Both the position numbers and the translations under genes were made by a program. The notes under the pieces were generated by a model. It was given only the letters and a program-made list of their open reading frames with translations, made no database searches and was not told where the DNA came from. Positions 57,319-64,000 of a stretch of DNA of 64,000 nt are shown here, in pieces (the stretch's first letter is position 1; each line of letters starts with the position of its first letter). Origin of the DNA: a virus; the IMG/VR virus record IMGVR_UViG_3300020438_004021, positions 72,241 to 136,240 of that record; one strand, 5' to 3'.

Positions 57319-58728
57319 ATGCTTACTAACCAACCAGACCCTTCAGCTATTGCAGAACAGCTGAAGCAAAAATGGAACCCAATTCTTGAGCACAAGGATT
57401 GTTCCCCTATTCAAGATCATTATCGCAGAAATGTAACTGCGATTCTACTAGAGAACCAAGAGCAGGCAATGCTTCAGGAAACTACCAACGTATCAGCAGC
57501 AATGCCCGATACCGGTGGTGTCGCTAAGTGGGACCCCGTTCTTATTTCACTAGTACGTCGTTCAATGCCTAACCTTATGGCATATGATATCTGTGGTGTC
57601 CAGCCTATGACTGGTCCTACAGGACTCATCTTCGCCATGAAGGCTAAGTACTCCACAATGGGTGGAACTGAAGCACAACCAATCAACATTGATGATAGCT
57701 TCAGTGGAACAACTGCAGCCTACGCTGCACAAGACAATGACCCGTTATTCCAGCCAGCATCAGTCGGTGCTGTTGACCAGCAAGCTGAAGGCGTTGCAAT
57801 CACCAAGTTGGACATCGGTAGAGGTATGACTACCACTGCTGTTGAAGGTGAAGCAGCATTCAACCAGATGGCATTCGAAATTGCTCGTACGTCTGTTACT
57901 GCTAAGTCACGTGCACTCAAAGCTGAGTACACAACTGAGCTTGCTCAGGACCTCAAGGCAGTACACGGTCTCGATGCAGAAACTGAGCTTGCTAACATTC
58001 TTAGCACTGAGATTCTCGCCGAAATCAACCGTGAAGTCGTTAAGACAATTTATGTTGGTGCTAAACTCGGTGCTCAGCAGGGAGATCTGCTCTACAAGGG
58101 TGCTGGTCAACCCGCATCACACGTTACCGGTGGTGGTACATTCGGTGTTGGTGGTGCTAGTGGTGCAGGTGGTATCTACGACCTATCATTAGACTCAGAT
58201 GGTCGATGGAGTGCTGAACGATTCCGTGGACTTATGTTCCAAATCGAGAGAGAAGCAAACCAAATTGCTAAGGACACTCGTCGTGGTAAGGGTAACATCG
58301 TTATCTGCTCCTCAGACGTTGCATCCGCACTAGCAATGGGTGGTTTCATGAACCTCTCAGGTGGTGATGCTGGTAACCTAGTCGTTGACGACATGGGTAA
58401 CACCTTCGCTGGTACAATCGGTGGTGGTCGCATGAAGGTCTACGTTGACCCCTATGCATCCACTGATTACGTCTGTGTTGGTTATAGAGGTGCTAATGCA
58501 TACGATGCCGGTATGTTCTACTGCCCATACGTTCCACTACAGATGGTACGTGCGGTTGGTGAAAACACATTCCAGCCCAAGATTGCATTTAAGACCCGAT
58601 ATGGTTTGGTAAACAACCCATTCGTCGGTTCTTCTTTCAGCGATCCATCAGCGGTTGCATCTAATAGACGCAACCAGTACTATAGAATCTTCCGAGTTGA
58701 TTCACTACACGGTGGTTCAACAGTCTGA
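57319..58728 (+). CDS. 23: Major capsid protein gp23
   Basis: LISLVRR.MP, GVQPMTGPTGLIFAM, ELAQDLKA.HG.DAE.EL, FYCPYVPL. Confidence 0.98.
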   Translation: MLTNQPDPSAIAEQLKQKWNPILEHKDCSPIQDHYRRNVTAILLENQEQAMLQETTNVSAAMPDTGGVAKWDPVLISLVRRSMPNLMAYDICGVQPMTGPTGLIFAMKAKYSTMGGTEAQPINIDDSFSGTTAAYAAQDNDPLFQPASVGAVDQQAEGVAITKLDIGRGMTTTAVEGEAAFNQMAFEIARTSVTAKSRALKAEYTTELAQDLKAVHGLDAETELANILSTEILAEINREVVKTIYVGAKLGAQQGDLLYKGAGQPASHVTGGGTFGVGGASGAGGIYDLSLDSDGRWSAERFRGLMFQIEREANQIAKDTRRGKGNIVICSSDVASALAMGGFMNLSGGDAGNLVVDDMGNTFAGTIGGGRMKVYVDPYASTDYVCVGYRGANAYDAGMFYCPYVPLQMVRAVGENTFQPKIAFKTRYGLVNNPFVGSSFSDPSAVASNRRNQYYRIFRVDSLHGGSTV

Positions 58729-58758
58729 TTCTAGTTAATAGTAACTAAAAGCAAAATT

Positions 58759-58787
58759 GGGGTGCTCCTTTGGAGCACCCCTTTTTT
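58759..58787 (+). terminator. Rho-independent terminator after gp23
   Basis: GGGGTGCTCC-TTT-GGAGCACCCC-TTTTTT. Confidence 0.92.
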
Positions 58788-58788
58788 G

Positions 58789-58796
58789 TATAAATA
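58789..58796 (+). promoter_or_regulatory. T4-type late promoter
   Basis: TATAAATA. Confidence 0.75.
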
Positions 58797-58841
58797 ATAT
58801 GTTAAAGTAACTATACCGAACATATTTACGGGGAATTAAAA

Positions 58842-60449
58842 ATGGCAACCTATTATTGGACTGGTCAAGCACTAAACGCAAACGGTTCTGTTTATAACGC
58901 AGCCTCTGGTGGTGGTACTGCCGGTGGTCACACAGGAAACTTTTGGAACTGGCATGGAAACTGGAAACAATTTGTTTATGGGGCAACCGCTGGCGGTGGC
59001 TCTGGTGGGCACGATTTCCATTTCGTAGACCCCGCAGCTAATGTATTCCCTAAAAGTGGTGATGACGTTATCTTTGCCTACTTACCAGATATCGAAGCAA
59101 TAGGTCTTAGTGGTGGACCGTTTCCTAAAGCACCTTGCCTTTTTGGTGGGTGCTATGGTGACCCTGAGACTGGTCTTACATGGGGTGGTGTAACCTTACC
59201 AACTAATGCTGGTATTGCAGGTAACAGTGCGGACCTTGGCTACTTTGAAGTGCAAACTGGTTACCATCAGCATTTAGGTGCTGTAAGTGGTGACTATAAG
59301 TACAGCATGGGTGGTGAAGGGACTTCTTCCGCTAGGTATTCCGGTATGAGAGGTTATGATAGTCTTAAAATTAGATGTGATGGCATGCTTATCAACAGTG
59401 CAGATGCTGAATTATTTTGGACACACGGTGGACGAAGTTACCACCGTATAGACAGGAACAGAACTACTCATGGTCCTTGTGAAGTTGAGGCGAGTCAAAT
59501 ACCAAGTGGTTTTAGAAGTGCAAGAAGTAATATCACTAAACTTAAAAATTGGAAATGTGATGGGACCTTGGCAATCGAAGGTAATTCTTACTTCGAAATA
59601 GAAGACAGTACCTTAACTAAAGTCGATATCGAAAGAAGTTGGTTCTTACAGCAGCCTGGTCCTAGTGCAGCCGACGTAGGTGCAGAGAATTCATGTTCAT
59701 GGCCTTATAGTTTAGGTATAACTAGAACACGTGGGTGTACTTTCAACAACACCATTAGTATGGGTGTATTCGGAGCCTTTGCCGATCAGAAACTTCCACC
59801 CCAAGGTTCAACTTTCACATGGGCTCCAGCACTAACCTCGATCCATGGTTATGGTTCTTCTGGTTCTGGCAATGGACAAATTGAGGCTGTAGCCGTCTTT
59901 GGACCACGTGGAACTACTGCTGATAACAATTACGGAACTGTTTCCCTAGATTGTGATATCAGGCTATTAAGGATTTTCCCAGAATTGGACAATACAGACC
60001 TAAGCGGTAGCAGTAACGGTGTTGGGTATTTTAGTCCTGTAAGAATGGTGGGCACGAATAGGCATACCATCGGCACTCTTGATATGCTAGATAAGGGTGT
60101 AGGTGCTACCTATAATAACAATTTCGAAATTCATTGTGGTTGTACAATAGATTCTGCAGAAATCGATGCTGGTAAGTTTAGTCTAGGTCAGTTTCTACCC
60201 CGTACCTCTAAGGTATGTGTAACAGACGGGTTCTTAAAACAGAAAGCATATGTAGATTGTAGACACCCAGTATATGGTTCAGACTACACTGGTTTTGCAA
60301 TAGGTTCCAACCAAGGTAACACCGTTGAAGGATTCAACATCGTTGATTCAGGTGCACAGATTGTGTTCCCAGAAGGCATATATGTCCTAGCAGATTATTC
60401 CTATGGTGTAACAGGTGCATTCCTATCTGCCCAACGTAAGGGCGGTTGA
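58842..60449 (+). CDS. Putative virion surface/decoration protein
   Basis: YYWTG...W...GNW...P...DDV.F N-terminal motif; beta-helix-like body; late promoter. Confidence 0.6.
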   Translation: MATYYWTGQALNANGSVYNAASGGGTAGGHTGNFWNWHGNWKQFVYGATAGGGSGGHDFHFVDPAANVFPKSGDDVIFAYLPDIEAIGLSGGPFPKAPCLFGGCYGDPETGLTWGGVTLPTNAGIAGNSADLGYFEVQTGYHQHLGAVSGDYKYSMGGEGTSSARYSGMRGYDSLKIRCDGMLINSADAELFWTHGGRSYHRIDRNRTTHGPCEVEASQIPSGFRSARSNITKLKNWKCDGTLAIEGNSYFEIEDSTLTKVDIERSWFLQQPGPSAADVGAENSCSWPYSLGITRTRGCTFNNTISMGVFGAFADQKLPPQGSTFTWAPALTSIHGYGSSGSGNGQIEAVAVFGPRGTTADNNYGTVSLDCDIRLLRIFPELDNTDLSGSSNGVGYFSPVRMVGTNRHTIGTLDMLDKGVGATYNNNFEIHCGCTIDSAEIDAGKFSLGQFLPRTSKVCVTDGFLKQKAYVDCRHPVYGSDYTGFAIGSNQGNTVEGFNIVDSGAQIVFPEGIYVLADYSYGVTGAFLSAQRKGG

Positions 60450-60463
60450 TAACTGGAAACCAG

Positions 60464-60471
60464 TATAAATA
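60464..60471 (+). promoter_or_regulatory. T4-type late promoter
   Basis: TATAAATA. Confidence 0.75.
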
Positions 60472-60508
60472 ATTTGTTAGAATAATAAATCTATGGAGAG
60501 AAACAAAA

Positions 60509-60760
60509 ATGAGAGATCAATATAATCGAATCCAGACTATCACCCCCAGCGATACGGCTCCTATAGTAGGTGTCAAGGCGTTTATGGTTGGTTCAGGTGG
60601 AACCATGCATATAGACTGTAGTGCTTTTACCGGAGTGGGTGCTAGTGGAGATGGTCTTGATATTAAGATAAATGCCAATGCAGGTGAAATATATCCAATA
60701 GCCATCCATAAGATCAGAGATACTGGATGCAGTGCTGGTAGTATCATAGGTCTAGCATAA
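60509..60760 (+). CDS. Small virion protein (head decoration-like)
   Basis: ITPSD....A.MVG.GG...G.IYPI...I..TG pattern. Confidence 0.65.
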   Translation: MRDQYNRIQTITPSDTAPIVGVKAFMVGSGGTMHIDCSAFTGVGASGDGLDIKINANAGEIYPIAIHKIRDTGCSAGSIIGLA

Positions 60761-60761
60761 T

Positions 60762-61319
60762 ATGGCGAACTATGGGATTACAGGTTCTGACCTATTAGGT
60801 ACTCCTGCCAATCTATCTGCGGATGTAAATCAAAGACAACCGAGTAACACCAGTTATCTAAGTCCTACATCATTCAGATTCTACATAGGCAGAGTCCCTG
60901 CTGTTACCTATTTCTGTCAGGCTGCCAACATCCCTTCAATAGACCTACCAGAGTTAACACATGCTAATGCTTTTGCTGATGTGAAAGAGATAGGTTCCAA
61001 GCCTGAATTCGGTGAACTTACAGTTAGGTTCATAGTCGATGAGGATATGGTCAACTGGAGAGAAATATATGATTGGATGAAAGGGATTAGCAACTTCGAA
61101 GACTTCAGAGAAAATATAAATCCTGAGGGCGACCATAAATCCGACACCAGACTAGTGGTATTAACCGGCTCTATGAATGCTAACCTAGAAGTGACCTTCA
61201 AAGACTGCTTCCCCAAAAGTATAGGTGCAATCAACTTCGATAGCGCTATATCTGATTTAGAATATGTTACCTGTGAAGTGGTATTCGGCTACGATACCTA
61301 TGAAATAACCAAGCTATAA
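60762..61319 (+). CDS. 3: Tail tube terminator gp3
   Basis: N..YLSPT.F.F, YFCQ.ANIP, F.VDED..NW.EI..W. Confidence 0.92.
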   Translation: MANYGITGSDLLGTPANLSADVNQRQPSNTSYLSPTSFRFYIGRVPAVTYFCQAANIPSIDLPELTHANAFADVKEIGSKPEFGELTVRFIVDEDMVNWREIYDWMKGISNFEDFRENINPEGDHKSDTRLVVLTGSMNANLEVTFKDCFPKSIGAINFDSAISDLEYVTCEVVFGYDTYEITKL

Positions 61320-61321
61320 TC

Positions 61322-61350
61322 TTGACTAGAGAAAATCCTTGTGGTATAAT
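61322..61350 (+). promoter_or_regulatory. sigma70-type promoter of uvsY
   Basis: TTGACT-17-TATAAT with extended TG. Confidence 0.8.
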
Positions 61351-61365
61351 GGATAATAATACCCT

Positions 61366-61818
61366 ATGGAGACTTTGTATATGGAATTTGATAAACTGAA
61401 GAGAATGGCTGAGGAAGATTGTAAGATGGACGGTACTGAACTGGATATCGAATCACTCAGGTTACCACAACTACACAACAAATACCTTAATCTTCTTCAG
61501 GATGAGAAACTCGTCCTTAGGAAACTCATGTCTGAGCAAAGTAAAATGTACAGACTTAAATGGGAATACTATAATGGTAAGATGGATAAAGATGTTCTGG
61601 ATAATTTGGGGTGGGAACCGTTCCAACTAAATATTTTGAAGAAGGATATTGATATCTACTTGAATTCAGATAAAGAGCTTTCTTTAATAGCAGATAGAAT
61701 GTCCTATCAAGAGGTGAAATTGCAGTTTCTAGAAGAGACTTTGAAAGAGCTTAATAATAGACACTGGAAGATTAGGAATGCAATAGAATGGAGAAAATTC
61801 ACTAGCGGTGGTTTCTGA
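61366..61818 (+). CDS. uvsY: Recombination mediator UvsY
   Basis: LD.ESL..PQLHNKY, KWEYY.GK, I.NAIEW.KF..G. Confidence 0.93.
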   Translation: METLYMEFDKLKRMAEEDCKMDGTELDIESLRLPQLHNKYLNLLQDEKLVLRKLMSEQSKMYRLKWEYYNGKMDKDVLDNLGWEPFQLNILKKDIDIYLNSDKELSLIADRMSYQEVKLQFLEETLKELNNRHWKIRNAIEWRKFTSGGF

Positions 61819-63314
61819 TGATTAATGTATTCAAAAAAGATGATGTCACCATGAAGATTAGGTGTGAGGAGAGGGGAATCCTCAAAGAACTCGCACAATT
61901 CTTCACTTTCTCTGTGCCCGGTGCAGAATATATGCCAGCATATAGAAAGAGAAAATGGGATGGGAAGATTAAGCTATTCAACTCTCACACTCAAGAGCTT
62001 TATGTGGGTCTATATGACTACCTAGAGAGATTCTGCTCCGACAGAGGGTATAAGATAGAAGGTCATGACCCAAGAAGCAAGAAGAAAGAAATACCAAGCG
62101 AACACATAGAGAAATTCATTAATGGTCATCTAAGACCCGTTGCTGGTGGCAATAAAATAAAAGCACACAAGCACCAAATCGATGCCATTAAGCATGCTGT
62201 TGATAAAGACAGATGTCTACTTCTGTCCCCCACAGGCTCTGGTAAAAGTCTTATGATATATGCTCTAACCAGGTATTACCTAGATATTATACCCGAAGAT
62301 AAAAAAATACTGATAGTGGTTCCCACCACATCTCTTGTTAACCAAATGTATTCTGATTTTGAAGAGTATTCTGAGGGAAACGATTGGGACGTGAAAGATA
62401 TATGCCACAAAGTGATGGCAGGTAAAGACAAGATAAATCCTTCTAAGAGGGTAACCATTTCTACATGGCAGAGCATTTACAAGCTTGATAGAAATTACTT
62501 CAACAATTATCACGTGGTATTCGGGGACGAATGCCATCTCTTCAAGTCTAAATCCCTAACCTCTCTGATGTCAAAAATGTGTGACTGCCCTTATAGAATC
62601 GGGACTACGGGTACGTTAGATGGAACTAAGGTACATAAGCTGGTAATTGAAGGTTTATTCGGTCCGGTGTATAAGGTGACTTCCACAGAGACCCTAATCA
62701 AAAAAGACATATTGTCTGAATTCGAGATAGATTGTCTACTCCTTAGATATCCTAACGACTTTCGCAACAAATATAAGAGGGTGACATATCAGGAAGAAAT
62801 AGATGCACTGCTCGAATATGAGAACAGGAATGAGTTCATAGCCGATCTTGCTAGCAATGCCAAAGGTAATACGCTTGTCTTATTCCAATATGTCGCCAAG
62901 CACGGTAGACCTTTATATGAACTAATAAAATCTAAGGTAGGTGAAGATGATGTATTCTTTGTCTATGGTGGGACAGACTCCGAGGTCAGAGAGAAAATCA
63001 GGAAAATTGTTGAAGGGAAGGATAACGCGGTTATAGTAGCCTCTTATGGGACCTTCTCAACGGGAATATCGATTAGAAAATTACACAATATTGTGTTTGC
63101 CTCTCCTTCTAAATCTAGAATACGGGTTCTTCAATCAATTGGAAGACAGCTCCGGAAATCCGAGCACAAAGAGGTAGCAAGACTTTATGATATATCAGAT
63201 GATATAAGATGGAAATCATACAAGAACCACACTTATAGGCATCATGAAGATAGGTTGAAGATATATCAGTCAGAGAACTTTCAGCATAGAACAATTGTTA
63301 TAAATATAAAGTAG
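61818..63314 (+). CDS. uvsW: SF2 helicase UvsW
   Basis: WDGKI.LF, SPTGSGKS, DECH, GTTGTLD, LQSIGR.LR. Confidence 0.96.
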   Translation: MINVFKKDDVTMKIRCEERGILKELAQFFTFSVPGAEYMPAYRKRKWDGKIKLFNSHTQELYVGLYDYLERFCSDRGYKIEGHDPRSKKKEIPSEHIEKFINGHLRPVAGGNKIKAHKHQIDAIKHAVDKDRCLLLSPTGSGKSLMIYALTRYYLDIIPEDKKILIVVPTTSLVNQMYSDFEEYSEGNDWDVKDICHKVMAGKDKINPSKRVTISTWQSIYKLDRNYFNNYHVVFGDECHLFKSKSLTSLMSKMCDCPYRIGTTGTLDGTKVHKLVIEGLFGPVYKVTSTETLIKKDILSEFEIDCLLLRYPNDFRNKYKRVTYQEEIDALLEYENRNEFIADLASNAKGNTLVLFQYVAKHGRPLYELIKSKVGEDDVFFVYGGTDSEVREKIRKIVEGKDNAVIVASYGTFSTGISIRKLHNIVFASPSKSRIRVLQSIGRQLRKSEHKEVARLYDISDDIRWKSYKNHTYRHHEDRLKIYQSENFQHRTIVINIK

Positions 63315-63326
63315 AAGGAGGGTCTT

Positions 63327-63920
63327 ATGTCTAAGAAGAACCTCAAGAAGAGCAGAGACAGAGGTTATAGAATTGTCCGTCTAGTGAATGGTGAACGTCT
63401 AATTGCAAAAATTTCCGGCTCTAATTCAGATAAATTGTTCCTAGACAGACCCATGAGCATTAGGGGTGTTATCTCCCCTCCGAACGAGATGAGCGGTATG
63501 TCCAAAGAATTTCTGGTCCTAAACAACTGGAATGAATTCTGCTCCAATAATGTAGTGGGGATTCCTAGACAATTCATCCTCACAATATCTGATCCTGACA
63601 CCTTCATCGAAGATGCCTATGAGACTCAGAAAGATCACGAAGATACCTATGATACTACTAAATTATTAGACAGCTCTAAGAACCGTTCTGATAGTCTTAT
63701 GGACAGAATAGAAGAAGAAATAGGTAAATCTAATGTGGAAGATATCATCCAAGACATAATAGGTGACATCATATCCAACTTCGACGATGGGGAACCAGTG
63801 GAAGAATGGAGTGAAGCCGATTTGGATGAAGATAGGGAAGATTTTGGTAACGAATTAGACGATTGGTCGCCTTATCCGGAAGACTACCTTGATGGTGGTG
63901 AACCTCCAAGTCAAATCTGA
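63327..63920 (+). CDS. Conserved T4-like hypothetical protein (Sm-like N-terminus)
   Basis: IVRL.NGE.LIA...P pattern downstream of uvsW; TATAAATA at 63299-63306. Confidence 0.7.
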   Translation: MSKKNLKKSRDRGYRIVRLVNGERLIAKISGSNSDKLFLDRPMSIRGVISPPNEMSGMSKEFLVLNNWNEFCSNNVVGIPRQFILTISDPDTFIEDAYETQKDHEDTYDTTKLLDSSKNRSDSLMDRIEEEIGKSNVEDIIQDIIGDIISNFDDGEPVEEWSEADLDEDREDFGNELDDWSPYPEDYLDGGEPPSQI

Positions 63921-64000
63921 AGTCTTTTTTTTTGGCACCCGGACACTAGTATTTATCGGGGCTTGATAGGATTTGTCAATATACTTGACGAGAGAACAGA

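Noticed and set aside
1-64000. Stop-codon reassignment, inteins, introns or homing endonucleases in core genes
   Set aside because: gp17, gp18, gp20, gp23, gp32 and UvsW are intact and of normal length in the standard code, and TAA, TGA and TAG all end genes

Overview
The window is part of a large T4-like (Tevenvirinae/Kyanoviridae-type) myophage genome. Bases ~1-11,300 are an early/accessory region: a partial PLP-dependent enzyme, a CobS/MoxR AAA ATPase, many small ORFs behind conserved sigma70-type promoters, two tRNAs, a ~440-nt structured non-coding region, TraR- and FmdB-like zinc fingers, an ATP-type PurZ translationally coupled to an adenylate-kinase-like gene, and an exonuclease. Bases ~13,400-63,900 hold the T4-like core: gp33, gp32, a tape-measure-like gene, gp51/gp26, gp54-like, gp2, gp4, baseplate and fibre genes, gp13-gp23, gp3, uvsY and uvsW, with TATAAATA late promoters. 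Main highlights: (1) a purZ + NMP-kinase module pointing to 2-aminoadenine (Z) metabolism in a T4-like myovirus; (2) a likely -1 frameshift (T TTT TTC) fusing gp26 to a gp51-like ORF just upstream of the tape measure gene; (3) a candidate large ROOL/GOLLD-like ncRNA; (4) strong GATC depletion although GATC is kept in four early promoters; (5) G-x-[ST]-G motifs across exposed virion proteins. All family calls come from recognising motifs by eye. No database searches were run.
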